DNA of 55,949 bases, filler included, from Sphacelaria rigidula (lineage: Eukaryota): NCBI GenBank assembly GCA_964200075.2. It is 4 parts of 4 records of this genome, joined end to end, with 100 filler letters (N's around TTAATTAATTAA, not from the genome) between each part and the next. Parts side by side here need not be neighbours in the genome. Positions count along the whole stretch, not along the records: positions 1 to 13,915 come from CAXNAA020002592.1; positions 14,016 to 27,928 come from CAXNAA020002593.1; 2 more parts are not named here. One strand, given 5' to 3'. Under the pieces are notes generated by a model. That model worked only from the letters and a program-made list of their open reading frames with translations, was not told the origin of the DNA and made no database searches. A program made the translations under genes and the position numbers. Below are positions 12,831-26,422 of the stretch, one piece after another (positions within the stretch are counted from its first letter, which is position 1; each line of letters begins with the position of its first letter).

Positions 12831-13915
12831 GCTGTGCAGATCCCGCATACTGCACCGTTATCAGCGGATGGGATCCGAGACAGAGAAAACTGTCGAAAAT
12901 AATTTATCCTCTTGGCCCCCAGTTCATGCATCAATTGAGCTAAAGGATGAATGCTCAACAGCTTTTTATGAATCGAAATCCCACACACTGCTTACAAGTG
13001 TATATTCACACGCCTGTGCTTCGAAGCGACGCTTTCACTACAGACGTGGTAAAGATGCCGGGTGTACGGTATATACCTAGCATATGAATGCACATAGCTT
13101 ATGAAAAACCTGCCGTCCAGTCCCTACCGAGAAAAAACAAATGATTTTCTGCAAAAACTCGAAAAACAAATGATCGCGGTATGCATGTATGTATTTTGAT
13201 GGGGACGATAAATTACTAACCGACCTCCCAGCAGGGGTCCAGCCGTGGCCTATGTAATCACAACAATGAACTGTATAATAAATACCATGCAGGGCAGTGC
13301 AATACCGCGTGCTTATACGTCAGGTGCTATATACTACAGAGCGAGCGCGGCAAATGCGCTACGTATGGCCATACAATGTGGATATATGCTGCAGTTTATA
13401 TTTTGATATACGGGGGTGTTATACACCGTCAGGGATAACTACAGAGTTCACACAGCACCCGCACGCCAGTGCAGCACGCAGTGAGCAGGTTATGGAAAGG
13501 AAGCGGGAAAAAGGCCGTACAGACAGCGCATGACTGTATATGTTCTCTGCCTACACTGCGACGGGAAAAGGACTTGAACAACGTGCAGCTTTGTACTGGC
13601 GATGCCTGTGCCCATGCATCAACGATATGCGGTGAGTACGTGCTATATATACCCCGCGTGCATATGGCGGTTCGATCCGTCGCCATGCGCTGCCGCGCGA
13701 CCATGAAAGAAGATGCTCAAGTTTATATGCACCAACAAGAAATACCTCATACTCAACCACGGCAGTGTGTATCTATATCCCTGTGCCCAACTCGTGCTCT
13801 TTCCTACAGACAGTATATAAGGTTGTGCGGTATAGCTGGGAACAAAAGTGCTATTAACAACAAATTGTGAGAATTGAGGTTTAACTTCGAGATGAGGCTC
13901 AAGCCCAAAACAGTG

Positions 13916-14015
13916 NNNNNNNNNNNNNNNNNNNNNNNNNNNNNNNNNNNNNNNNNNNNTTAATTAATTAANNNNNNNNNNNNNNNNNNNNNNNNNNNNN
14001 NNNNNNNNNNNNNNN
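13916..14015. other. Assembly gap/linker (100 nt, central TTAATTAATTAA)
   Basis: N44-TTAATTAATTAA-N44. Confidence 0.98.
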
Positions 14016-17000
14016 CAGGCTCGCACTCAATCACCAAGCGCGAAGCGCCGTGGTGTGTTCGGCGAGTCGCATGAAGGGGGGAGGGGGGGGGGGGTACTCA
14101 TAATCTTGCATGCCATAGTCACACGACCATTGACCTGGTATCCCTACAAAGCCGGGACGGAGCACGCCCGTTATTCGCCAGACCAGGCTCGCAACTAATC
14201 ACCAAACGCGAAGCGCCGTGATTTTTTCGGCGAGTCGCATGAAGGGTGAGCTGCATCCTGCTAACATGGTTCGGTCCGAAGCGTACTAATTAGCTTGCGT
14301 TTAAATGACAGCCTCCAATGAGCTGCTTCATTTTCTGGTATCGCCACTTCCAGAGACAGTCACAGCTTGCACATTGCCTCATGGGTGTCTCACTATCTAA
14401 ACACTACGTAGTACGATCATCTCCTTTGCGCGGAGTTGAGGTTCCTCCACCCCGCACGATAGGATCTAGCTCGACCACTATCACGGTTAGCGCGAAAAAA
14501 AGCAAGCGCGCGAAAAGATCGTCAACCTGGTTGCCCAGCTTCCGCAGTGAGTGGCGTGTTTTACAGCGTAATCGCCTACCGACGCCAACCCCATAGGGGG
14601 CCCGCCCCTACAAAGCCGGAACGGAGCACGCCGGGTTTTCGCCGGACCAAGCTAAGGGCAGAGGGGGAGGGGGTTAGGAAATAGAGATCATGATAACAGA
14701 GGACAGAAGAACGGTACTCACATGTCCACGAAGGAGACTTTGAGCCATCGACCAAGCAAGGGGCACGGCTGTCCCGGGGTCGGAGCGAACACATCGCTCG
14801 CCAGTGCTGCTCTCGGTCGTCCTGACCTCACCATCTCTTCCACCTCTGGGGGTCGGTTTCTCGCAGCCTTTGCGCTGATGGCAGATTCTACCTGCGCCAC
14901 AAGTCATTGTATTTTCCTCGATTGGGGGTCCCACAGGGAACGTGAAAGCGCTCATACTATGTCGCTGAAGACTCTCGTAAGAGGAACACACGGCTTTATT
15001 GTCACTAGCTAGCGGAGGAGTTCTTGACACTAGGTAGGTGAGAAAAATAGGCCGTCCTCGCTTGTTGGCTATACACAAGTCAGAATCGAGCGCTCACCCG
15101 CGCTTTGAGTGACGTTTCAAAACATCACATGACAAAATCATCGCCACGCGGCCCCAACCTCTGGGCAGAACTCCCGGAGTTTAATTTCTGGAATCCCGAG
15201 TAAGGAATGATATACACCCGAAGTAATTGCGCGCGGTAAAATGACAGCACCAAGCAGAGACTGGGAGAGAAATGGTGATACAATACTACCGCAATGCGGA
15301 GGTCCTTCCGGAGTTGTCGCCTGCATCCGTCGTGGTCTTCATCGACACGGGATGATTCACTCAAAGGTGCGGGTGTCGCATATGAGGTTATGCATTCCCA
15401 GCGATCAATTTTGAGCGGTTGTTGACCGAGTGAATACATCACACGGAGGGTGTTCATGCCTTCGTCTACCAGTGCCCTCGTCCCCTTCCGAGATATTTCG
15501 TCGTAATCGCGCGGGCCTTGTGTGCAACTCCAATGATGATACGGTGACAAATCTCAAGAGTTAACGTCCAGGTAATCCTACGGTTTGATCTAACTTCCTC
15601 CCAGTTGGCCAAAAAAAGTTCACCAGACAATCAACTGGCCCCAAAATTCAATCTACGGACTAAATCCACCCTATACAGGGGTGAACTTCGGCACGATCCT
15701 GACTTCTACGCATCTCTGTTGACGCGTATAGATGTTCTTCGTATGGGTCTTAGTATGCCGACCAGAGTTATTTAGCATTTGTCATACCTTGAGTCCCCCC
15801 CCCGCCCCCCCCCGTTCGGCAGGATGAGACGGTAGGCGCAATGGATCAACTCATCTCGTCCCCCGTACAGTACTATGCTTACCTTGCAGTTAGCGATCGA
15901 TACATGAATCAGCCCTCTTGCAGCTCGTCGACTTCCATCACACCTTCTCTTAAATATGCGCTCTCACGCTTTGCGCGACGGAAACCGATGGAATAAACAA
16001 ACTGTCGGGAATACAAACCCGCCACTCCACCCTGCACCACCGGGACCCGTATAGACTACGCACAGGTGTACTACGTCATGGGAGCTTTCCAGGCAGCGGA
16101 GAATTTGTCGACGGATTCCAGGTTAAGAAAACATCCCTTGGGTAAACGTTTTGCGCTCGCATGGTGTACCGTTTACTACAGCGATGAAGAGAGCATGTAC
16201 TCGGTGTGACATTTTTTCACCTTGTGAACTGAGCCACAGAGCATCTACTGCGCGCCCACTGCGAATCATGTAGTGAACACCTAGAAAGTACTAGGTTACT
16301 TGAGGATAGGATCAGACGCCATCAAGTAGAGCAGGGGGGAAGAGATAAGATCAGGGATTGCTTGTGATGCGTCCCGCGGGAGTTCACATTCAAGGCTACC
16401 CACAATAGGGTATCCACTCATGTTCTCGGAACGACTGATGGGCATTGCAACGTCACGGCAGGCGAAGAGGTCTCGATCGTAGGCGGGAGGTGAGATACAG
16501 GCGATGATACAAGGCAGAGAAGAGGGGGACAACACTGGTCGGGGATGCTAAGGGAGGTTGGGAACAAGATTCATGACTTGCTTCGAGTTATCTACCGACA
16601 TTTTCAGCGATTTGCATTAAGGTAATGCGCTTTCTTATCTGCGACAAATCATCGTTTTTCAAGAAAAACGACTTGTGAGTGGTCGCTGGGATACCACCCT
16701 TGAAGACAAGGTGCAGCAAAACCGTACTTGAAAAACGTTTCTCCAACACGTCGAGAAGCTCCGTCGACGTCCGTGAATTGGTGAATCTCGTCGACGCATG
16801 GCGTTACATGTTAGATACCGTCGCCTTCGAGTCACTCTCGGTCAGGTCTATTCATACGCTCGCTCATATGTTCCAGTGAGCGGGTGATCGCCTCGAACCG
16901 TGCAGCAATTGCTGAATGCTGGAGAGATTGAACCAAGGGCTTGCCTACGCTACCGCCTCATGAACTCATGCTGGAGTTCACGTATTCCTTCCCCTTGACC

Positions 17001-17650
17001 TTGATCTGTAGAAAATCACACCACATCAATGCTTATCATCTCTCCCTCAAACACCGCAGCTAAATCTAGTCGTACACGGCGGCCAGCCAGTCGGCCTTGA
17101 ATAGGCAGGTACCCTCCATTGCACAGCCTCGCCGTGAAAGTTACTTCTTGTTCAAGCTGGTATACCACGTCGGAGCTGAAAATAACGCAAGCCCGACGCC
17201 GATTTCCCGCCTCGCACCTCCTTTCTGTCGTATGAAATAGACGGCCGTAAACCCGGAGTGGCAACCCGTGAACTTAAAGATGTATCAATATCTTCCGCGA
17301 CTGGAGCTTGCCGGTCCTCTTGAGTCACACAAAGGCGATTGCTCGGGCTCTGTCACGTGATCGGCGTCCCTTTCGTGATATTTCCCCAAACCCCTACCGC
17401 CCAAGTACAGGCGGTACCGTTGATGGTGGAGGAGCTACACTTGTAGATTGTGTAGACGTCGGTCCTCCTGCAGATGCTGCTGTTGCCTGTGGCTCAGTCA
17501 ATGCCGCTTGATATGTCGCTACCTGCCCTGGCGCAGATCGCTTTTGCACGTCTTGAAGTGCCCAACCCGCCGCCTTGTGCTGTGTTTAACATTCAGCATA
17601 GTACTGTATTGTCTTTTGCATTGAGCGTCGCTGGCTGCCCACTTGCTGTT
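14016..17650 (-). mobile_element. Highly degenerate LTR-retrotransposon (Gypsy-like) remnant
   Basis: RT-like TQGMTNA (~15775-15795); integrase C-terminal-like YHSLLG (~15195-15215); direct repeats 14016/14185 and 14142/14606; many stops. Confidence 0.45.
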
Positions 17651-18121
17651 GCGCTCCTGGGTTGGTATGATCTTCTTCAACGCTAGATGCATATGTCATG
17701 TTGACGATAGCACGTACTGTACAGTAATAACAATGCAGTGGAGTTGGAACCGTAGTGCGGGGTCCACGACAGTGAGGTCACCCGAGGACGGCAATTCACC
17801 ACACTATGCTATGGTGGGACTCCCCTCACGCCTGTGTACTGTACTGTACAGCATGGTGGGTGATAGAGGTCCTTCAATGGATGCCTATCGTAGCTTCGCG
17901 CAATGAACTATTTCTGGTGTGCACAGGGATGTGGTGATACAGGTGATTGACAATTGCAGCCTTGTTGAGTACGCGGTCTATTTCTCGATCCACACCACGC
18001 CTAAAACATCTTCACCCGGCGGTCATAACCTCCCCGGTGTGAGCTGAGGTGCTCACATACACGCGAACTCACGGAGAACCGACGCGGCTTGTCTCCTACA
18101 CGTGTTTTGAGTGGGTGACAC

Positions 18122-18370
18122 TCAAGGTTTCCCAATCGTCTTTGTGTGTGCCAGCTTCAGCGCCTTCTCGAGCGCTCCCGTCACACGATTCTTGGAATGC
18201 GATGCAGTATCGCTGACCCATACTTCCGGCGGCCCCAGTGTCTTGCACCACGACAATGGATGCTTCCCGTTGTCGCTGCTACACATGACTCCGCGGGCTC
18301 TCTCCACACGAAGTTGCTCAGATCTCCCATCACACCAAAATATACTTGAAACTGTCGCCTTCATCCAATC
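18122..18370 (-). pseudogene. Gypsy integrase fragment related to the 2461-8146 element
   Basis: LSWCKTLGPPEVWVSDTASHSKNRV versus LQWCKTLRVPRVWVSDTASHFKNRV at ~3680-3760. Confidence 0.85.
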
Positions 18371-18379
18371 CACTCTCTC

Positions 18380-21300
18380 TCTCAAGGGACCACTTTCTCC
18401 AACGTGAAGAAAATTAGAATGCGGAGCTGTGGGAGTGTGGTAGAGAATACCACCTCCAGTACACGTGCATGTGCATGATACGCTGTTGATACACCCGTTT
18501 GGATATGAGTTACATGAGATTGGGTCATTGCATACTCTGGAGTATGACTGTGGAGGCTTGACATGTGCTGTATGTAGAGGAGGTGCTGCTGGCCATTTCC
18601 GATAGCGAAGACTCTGTGTTGATGGACAACATCTGCCTGGCAGTCCCCAAACCCTAGTGAGGGACGAAGCCCTCTCGGCAGTCCTGTGGCCTTGTTTTGA
18701 GTCCAGGAGGGTCTATAGGTTCTCTTACGGATGAGGCCCAGGTGCTTGCTCACGAGCATTTAGGCCAGTGGAAAGTAGTACAGCACATGCCACCTAGCGC
18801 TTACTGTCCTGCTAGTGCTGGGATGGCATGAGGCCTCCTGCCACCGTTGATGCCCTCACCGAAACATCTCACGGTGCTAGCGGCCTCGCGTACACTCTAA
18901 TTTTCTGGGGTATATGTCTTGACCTCGCCTGCTCGTCTCGCATTCAGCATTATTTCATATGTCTCTTCGCTTGTGAAGGGGTCCAAGGCAAGCAAAAAAA
19001 TGAGAACCTCCCCCCCTCCCCCCCTCCCCCCCTCCGCCCGCCCGCCCCTCAGCCCCAAAGCGTCTCCGGGCGCTCTACCGATAGAATAATACATACGGCA
19101 GGGCTCGTACCCAGATCCGCAAAGTTACTGTAGTCGTGGAACTTGTCCAGCTGCTTCGTGTCTGGTAGTGGTTCTGCATGAAGTTGAATCTGAATACAAG
19201 TGTGCACCGCCCCCACATCTCTCCCTATGAGTCGAACCAAGTTCAACACTCATGGGCGACGGTCTCTGGCGTACCCTGCCGTGCAGTATGCCTGCACAAA
19301 TAACATATAAGATACCCTCAGCACTCTCCGTGTCCCCTACCTCACCCACTACTACATAAATTCCCGATGCTCTCCACTCAAAGGATTGTCGCTCTCGCCC
19401 CCCAAGTACACCCGCCACGGATCCTTGTTACGCTGCCGCCTCATACCAACTCAGCAATACGCCTTCGCCCCTTGCTAGTGGTCAGACACCGCAGTACCTG
19501 CCTCTAAACTCTCTCTCCTCCTTCTTCGCGCATAACCCTGCACTCACCTTTGCTATCGCTGTCTTCTCATCATGCCTTGCCCCTTTTCCAATAACGTGTA
19601 CATGGCGTTATCCACGGACCCTTTCTCCACTATGTTCCACCTGCGCACAGGCGCTCCCTGCCCCTTCATATAAGTCTCCACATACCCGCATTCCCTTCCC
19701 GCCCCCCGCCCCCCCCCCGTTGCTGTCATGGGGCCAACGATTTCCCGGTGCTACCCTGCCCATTTTTCGCGTCAGAGCATGCCACTCATTCATCGGACAT
19801 GACTACAAGGTAATATACATAAATACATGTGCGCCCCGTTCGTACATCTCCGCTCGTTCCTGAGTCACCCCATTCGATATGCACGGCAGCTAACGTATAC
19901 ATGCGTTGATATGAAGATATTTGTGCTCTCCTACCCATTTCCTCTCCCGCACCTTGTCGCCATTTCATGCACCCGCCGGGGTATTGACGTCATGCACCAG
20001 GTCGGTGTTGGCGACATGAGACTGCGAATTAATTCACACGCTCTAATTTCGAAGCACCCGCCACGACGATTTAAGCCCTTGTTGCCCACTCGTGTACACA
20101 TTATCACTCAAATGAATCCTGCTCTGCATCCCTACCAACCATCCCCATCCTTGCTAGCATATCCAACACATACCAAATGCGCGATACTCTGCGTGTCCTT
20201 GACTGCGCGCCTCGCCCACCACATGACTTATACCCTGCGCGCACAAACCATCCAAAAGGCCCGCATACCGCACCCGCTAGAACCCTGCTCAATCACCCAC
20301 CGCGCGCTCGCCACGCACTGCACCGTCTCGTACGCGATACTCTGTGTGCAATAGACGGCGTGCCTCGTTCCCCCCATGATATATATTATGTGTACGTTTG
20401 ATCCTGCGTCACGCCCCCTGCCTGCTGCGTCATTGCTGTGCCTCCACTGCCCAGTCCGCCTGCTACTAGTGCGGAATATTCATCCGTTGTTTCATGCCAT
20501 GCCCATCTGCAACTGCTTGCCCCCAATTCGCCCGATCACGAGTTCAAACCACCGCACCCGCCTCATGCTTGCACTCGAAGAAACTCGCTGCACACCCGCC
20601 CTGGAAATGACGTATACTGCGGCCCTACCACCCTTGCGAGCTTCACCGCCTTTGTTGCATCCCTCTGCTGACCCTCCTCAAGCCATCGCAGTGTGAAGTT
20701 GTGTATCTCAGGTACTTGAGTGCCCGTGAACACATCCTTGTCCCGCAGCTCGACTTACCCTTAACCTTTTGGGGATCGGACTCCCAGAAACGTATTGTTT
20801 GCGCTCAGGGTCCTTTTCGTGAATCGGCATCATTTTCAGTCCTTTTCATGAAAAAATGATGTCGATTCACAAAAAGGCCGCTGCGTGCAAACACCGTGTT
20901 TCTGGGAGTCTGGCCCCAAAAGAGTTGATGCTATCTTACCGCCGTGTAAGGTTTCGGGTCAGCTGCTCATACCTATGCTGAAACGGTCAAATCTCTGCCC
21001 GACAATTCGCCGATTTGCTACCTTTTCCTCTCTCGACCGCTTCTTTACCTTGCGTACAACGCTTCCCCCTTTTGCCCGCTTGACTGATCTCCTTCGGCAT
21101 CGCGGTTCCGCTCAAGTCTACGTACCCTTGAATATAATAATCTTTAGCACGTAGCTGCTGTCGTCGTCCTCCAGACGCTTTCTCTTGCGCACGCCCCCGC
21201 GCTGGTCCGCCCCCCCCTCCGCATCGTCAGTAAAATCTTCCAGTATTTTGCCTGCCGTATGCCTACGGCTGCCACTCTGCCTGCCTGTGGATTCCTCCCC

Positions 21301-22235
21301 TGCTGCCGACTCGATTCCCCAATCTGCCTCGCCCTCTCTGGGGCGTCTTTTTTCCTCCGGCAGGATCACGTACTCGGCCCCCCGGACCGCTATCGCCATT
21401 AAATCCGCCAGGCGCGTAGCCGGCACGGTCTCCGCCATGGCCTTGCCGGCCGACAGCTGCCGATTAGCTAATGACGCGTCGAGCCGTGTCGCAGCGATGT
21501 CTTGCACATGTTACCTGAACGTGTATATATATATATATATTGTGGAAGACTCGTCTTTGCAGTGACACATCTGAGATTGATGCCACACATGTATGAAGAA
21601 CCAGCGCATGCAGGTACATCGTAGGAACGGTCCGAAAGGATCAGATTACCGGGAGCCTGTGATGTCAACGATATTAGACAACTCGGGGTGATGCCAGGAA
21701 GAGCCTGATATCAGGACGGCCCAACATCCCCCGAGGTATTGAACACCCTCCGGTGACGACTCATGTCTGGCCCACTTGTTACCTACATAGCACAAAAGGA
21801 AATCGCCAGCCTCGGGGCTCCTTCGGCATCAGGACGACATCTCCAACGACAGTCTCCCCCGTAGGTCTCTAGCTACCCTAGCGATACGCCTTCCTCACAT
21901 GTATACATTTGTCGGCGTTCCGCACAAGGGGGACAAGGGCACCCCTAACATTATTGCTTCCCCCGCGTGCGCCGCGAGAGAGACTCCTGTGCGGAACAGC
22001 ATCCGCGCTAAGTTCACCACTTTCCCGCTGCCCACCGAGCCGTGTATCGTGCACCGCAGTCCTTGCACCGATGTTTCAGCCCGAAAAACCTCACCGGCGT
22101 CCGCTTCACGGAGTCGAAACGGGATATGCGGGAGCTGGGGCCTCGCTCCCACCTTAGTATTGCTACTGCTGCCCCCGTCTGCTGCGGTAATGACATTCGG
22201 GGATGCCCTGGTCCCACTCATGCGGACCGTCGACA
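18380..22235 (-). mobile_element. Degenerate non-LTR retrotransposon (LINE): ORF1-like, AP endonuclease and RT N-terminus remnants
   Basis: WLEEG / GGRAAVYV endonuclease-like segments (~20610-20690); frameshifted PSNYRPxAL-like segment (~18790-18825); LYI..MSS RT-like segment (~18555-18580); bounded by a (TA)n tract at 22235. Confidence 0.5.
20761..20928. mobile_element. MITE with ~30-bp TIRs at a TTAA-like site (second piggyBac-like family)
   Basis: TTAA-CCTTTTGGGGATCGGACTCCCAGAAAC ... GTTTCTGGGAGTCTGGCCCCAAAAGAG-TTGA. Confidence 0.7.
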
Positions 22236-22765
22236 TATATATATATATATATGAATATGGGTGTTCAGGTTACATGCGCCTACAGGGGCAGCAGTCACCG
22301 ATCTTTTCTTGATACTTCGGCGTGATCCCGACATGCTTACACCATGAATCCAATAATTTAGACAAACACTGCACTTTGTACTATATTATGAAAAAATATG
22401 ACAGTTTTCCACGACGGGAAGACTTCGCACACGATTTATGAAAATGATATCACTACACTTGATCGTAATAGGCTGAAGGATCGGCATTATGCTAGCATCG
22501 CAGCGAAAATATTAATATGAATACTACTGTACACAAACCTCTCATTCATCAACTGCCGACAACACGGATGAACACTCGAGACACGAACATGCGGTCGATG
22601 GGACGATCTATAGAAGTCAACATGCAACTTTTCGTGGTGCACATTCATGCACGTTTTTTCTACACATCTAATCTCTTCAAACTCTACACAACTTTAGAAA
22701 ATCATATTCGACGGGTGCGATAAAATAACTGCGGGTCTTGCGGCAATCCCCCAAACGTCCGTCAC

Positions 22766-22978
22766 CTTTTCGAAAGAGATATACACTCTGGACCACGCGA
22801 GATTGGGGCACTCCAGCCGCTCCACAGTCCCGTAGGCTTCAAACACTCTTCTCAGCGTTTCAAGGTCTACCCCGACGGCAGGTCCCGTGTTGTACACGAC
22901 CAGGTGCCGGGTTTGCAGGCTGGGGTCTTTCGTGAGGGAATAAACCACCTCTACCCCGTCCGGAGGACTGCTTGAACG
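22766..22978 (-). CDS. Internal exon encoding an ALKBH8/TRM9-like RRM N-terminal region (other exons not located)
   Basis: cacacAG acceptor, AAG|GTGACG donor, 213 nt phase 0-0; TRHLVVYNTGPAVGVDLETLRRVFEAYGTVE...SRVYISF resembles the ALKBH8 RRM (recalled similarity). Confidence 0.65.
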
Positions 22979-23252
22979 CTGTGTGTGGTACAGACGACAA
23001 ACAAACAAGGAGCGTCAATGGATTAATCGACCGGAGGTCTGACATCAACCAATCCGTTGTTGAGTTGTCCTGCCAGGCGCAGTCGAAATATAGAAATACG
23101 TAACCAAGGGGTAAACACACGAAACATTCAAGCGCGAGAAGAAACTCCAGCCTAGGAAGCACAAGGCGAAGGAAATGTGAAAACCGAACGAGGAGACAGG
23201 TGTGGCTCACTTCTTCCAATCACTTAGGCAAGAACAGGACCAAACACAATAA

Positions 23253-25269
23253 TGGGCGCGCCTGACCCCCCAAAATGACCCTAAAAAGTGTCACCGACCA
23301 AAAGCACCAACAGACCGGAGATCTCGTTCATCCCCTGACTATGCACGCCGTAAAACCCTTCAAAGTACTTTTGATTTGAGTAGGGTTTCCATTTCACGGT
23401 TTCAAAGGTTTCTCGTTCCGGAGTACGAACCACGGCGTGGCTCGGCTACTCACCGGCGTGTTTTTGTCCAAGCTACAATCGGACCGGATGGTTTTCCCAA
23501 AGAAGTTACGGTGATCGAGAAAATTCCACAAAAAAACATGTTTGTTCCACTTAATTCGTTATGAAACTCGCATCCTGATGGAATAAAAAAAAATCATCCG
23601 GTACAATTGTAGCTGTCGTCTTGGCGCAGATGATGCAAAAAGTCGCATCTCAATCGATGGCCGTGGCGATGAGTATTTTCTGAGACAGATTGTGTTATAA
23701 TCGCGAACACGCGCCTCCAACCCTCGCCGGTCTCCACAAAACGCAAAAACCTCACCCCTGTCTATCGACCTCAGAATGCATGACACCCATGAATGACTCT
23801 ACGATAGTGCAGATGGGTGATGCATCAGATTGTGCAATGTTCGACAGGTGTAGAATTTGAACCTTCGACCGAACCCCCAGAAGCTACAATCATCTTCGCG
23901 ACCTCGCAGCAGCGGAGAGCACAAATTTTAACACTGGCCCTAACCCTAACCACGACGAAGGCATACCGAGAACCCTCGGGCAAGGGGGGTGCAACGTGCT
24001 GCCTAGGCAAAGGATGTGTTGCCAGAGCTCAAATCGGCGCCCCAGGCGCCGATTTGGTCTAAAACGCGTTCTGGGCATGCTAGGAGCACAGCCAGCCCCC
24101 ATGGAAGATCCGGATTTCGGTTTCCAGACTAAGATCAAGATGATCCAACTTACTCCCCCCGAATGGTAAAGTATACTACGTCAAGACGACCCAAAAGACA
24201 GCATAAAGTCGTCCGCCCACTTTCGCTGAAGCCACATGGCACCGAAGCTGCATTCATGTCTTCCAGTGGACCCACCCGTCCTAAGACACGCATCTGTTGT
24301 ATCGATACTTGGGGGTAACGGACAACGATTTGTTTTCATTCCCCCTTGCAACACAATATACTTGGAGTCTAGACCGCGAGGGTAGTCCATCTGGACCATG
24401 CATACTTTTTTCCAGTGAAAAATGATGCCGATTCAACCTGTGACCAACCGCCGCGTTGTGCAAGTGTATATTCATCAAATGAAAAGCCATGCCCACGGAA
24501 CAACAAATACACTTGCACAACGCGAGTCATTTATCCGACAAAAGCTGTGGAATGATGGCAGCCGATAAATCAAGCTCCTCAAAAAATGACGAGGTGGTAG
24601 ACCGACATCCGCCCAGCCCACATTACACACCCGGTGACTAGTTGTACTCCACTCGTCTGTGTAAGAGCCGTCCTCGTTGAAGTTCATCAGTACATATGGC
24701 TTTGTCGCACGTTGAGCACATCATGTTGACCCAACTTTGATCCGCATCCCCCGCAAAAAATGGTTCATGGTTGATATTACTTGATTTGAATGCGTACAAC
24801 GAGAATCGGAATTCTAGTAGGGCTGACGGTCCCTGTGCTCCTCGGCTGCGCACAGCGCGGTTTCGCTGAAACCGGTGCCACAGGCGCCGATTTGGGGTCT
24901 ACCAAGGCCTCACTTTCTGCAGGGAATATATGTACCGCCCTTGTCCGAGTGTTCTCGTTGTGCGTTGGGTTTGTTCAACCCAACCAGCCTCCTTGCATGC
25001 CAGGGGATCGCAAGCGCGGACGAAAAGCGATCCAGTGGCATATAATGTATGAGGGACGACAACGGAAATAAAGGTAGGGTTCTGATTTTTGAGTGCAGTA
25101 CACTCTTTCTCGATATGAATTTTCGACCCATCCCGTTCTCTTCCGATGACGTGAGGCACATTTTACTCCACGAACCTGGATAAGCTCCTGAAGTCGGCCT
25201 GTTCGTGTTTGTTCGTGCTTTTGGTCGGTGGCACTTTTGTTGCCCATTTTGGGGGGTCAGGCGCGCCCA
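23253..25269. mobile_element. Non-autonomous PIF/Harbinger DNA transposon (~2.0 kb)
   Basis: TIR TGGGCGCGCCTGACCCCCCAAAATG (imperfectly extending ~55 bp) at both ends; TAA target duplication at 23250-23252 and 25270-25272; no transposase ORF. Confidence 0.9.
24369..24460. mobile_element. piggyBac-type MITE, end-eroded copy nested in the Harbinger element
   Basis: TAGACCGCGAGGGTAGTCCATC...GATGCCGATTCAAC matches the 41530-41627 family. Confidence 0.7.
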
Positions 25270-25272
25270 TAA

Positions 25273-26422
25273 CAGTGGTGCTTCCCTGTGTGAATTTGGG
25301 TAGATTGGGTACGGCCTCGATACTCTACCCAAATTTTGGGTGCATTGGGTACGACCTCACATACTCTACCCAAAGTTTGGGTAGATTGAGTACGACCTCA
25401 AATACTCTACCCAATTTTGGGCAAGTCATCTCAGTAATACTTGGGTGTAGAGTATCACTCGGGTATGATGAATAACCGTGATCGTTGACGACTTCGTGAC
25501 GTCACTTCACAGACCAAGTCGAATATGTGGGCGAACGGTGGCCATCAATGACGTGAGTGACGTGACGTCATAGGCTACAATGAGTATGAGCGAACGGTGG
25601 GTATCAAAAACCAAAAAAGCGTGCATGTGCATGAACCTACGTGCCCCACCCCTAGCAATACATACCCATACCCATACTTTATAGTTCGCATCCTCTTTGA
25701 TATCAGTTTCAGTACAAAGCGCTACTCATCATCATTGGGTAATCGAGTACACGCGTAGTCGGGTAGGTATTGCGAAAATGAGCGACTCCACCAGCCGCAC
25801 ATCTGACTCCTCTATGGGAGACCCAGCGGTGGAAACGGTGGAAGATGTGAGAACGCCACAACCGTCGCGAGGGGAAACAACAGAAAAAGGCGCGACGGGT
25901 CAGGAGTGATAGACTTGACCCCAAAAGAGGCCTCGGTGGTCCGTGTTGTACAGGCGGCTTGGGTTATCTTGGGTACAAAGTTGAAAACTAAAGTTGTACC
26001 CAAGGTTTTGGTATATTGGGTCCGGCCTCAGATCTTCTGCCCAACGTTTGGGTAGATTGGGTACGACCTCAAATACTCCACCCAAATTTTGGGTAGATTG
26101 GGTAGGACGTCAAATACTTTACCCGATATTGGGTAAGCACTCTTGGCAATACCTGGGTATAGAGTATCACTTGGATACGGCCTCAATACTCTACGTAAAC
26201 TTCGGGTAGATTGAGTCCGACCTTCAATACTCTTCCCAATATTGGGTAAGTGCTCTCAGCAATAATTGAGTGTAGAGTACCACTTGGGTATGACCTCAAT
26301 ACTCTACCGAAATTTGGGTAGATTGAGTGCGACCTACAATACTCTACCGAAGTTATGGTTACCAAGAGTATGAGTTTTCAAAAATACCGAGTATTGGGTA
26401 TACCTTACCCGACTTGCCCCTG
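25273..26422. mobile_element. Probable non-autonomous DNA transposon with two blocks of ~40-bp tandem repeats
   Basis: Unit TTGGGTAGATTGGGTACGACCTCAATACTCTACCCAAA repeated at 25295-25470 and 26040-26410; weak CAGTGG/CAGGGG ends; no TSD found. Confidence 0.5.

Noticed and set aside
23938-23951. CCCTAACCCTAACC telomere-like motif
   Set aside because: Only about two units, internal to a transposon
25295-26410. ~40-bp repeats as a CRISPR array
   Set aside because: Contiguous degenerate tandem units without unique spacers
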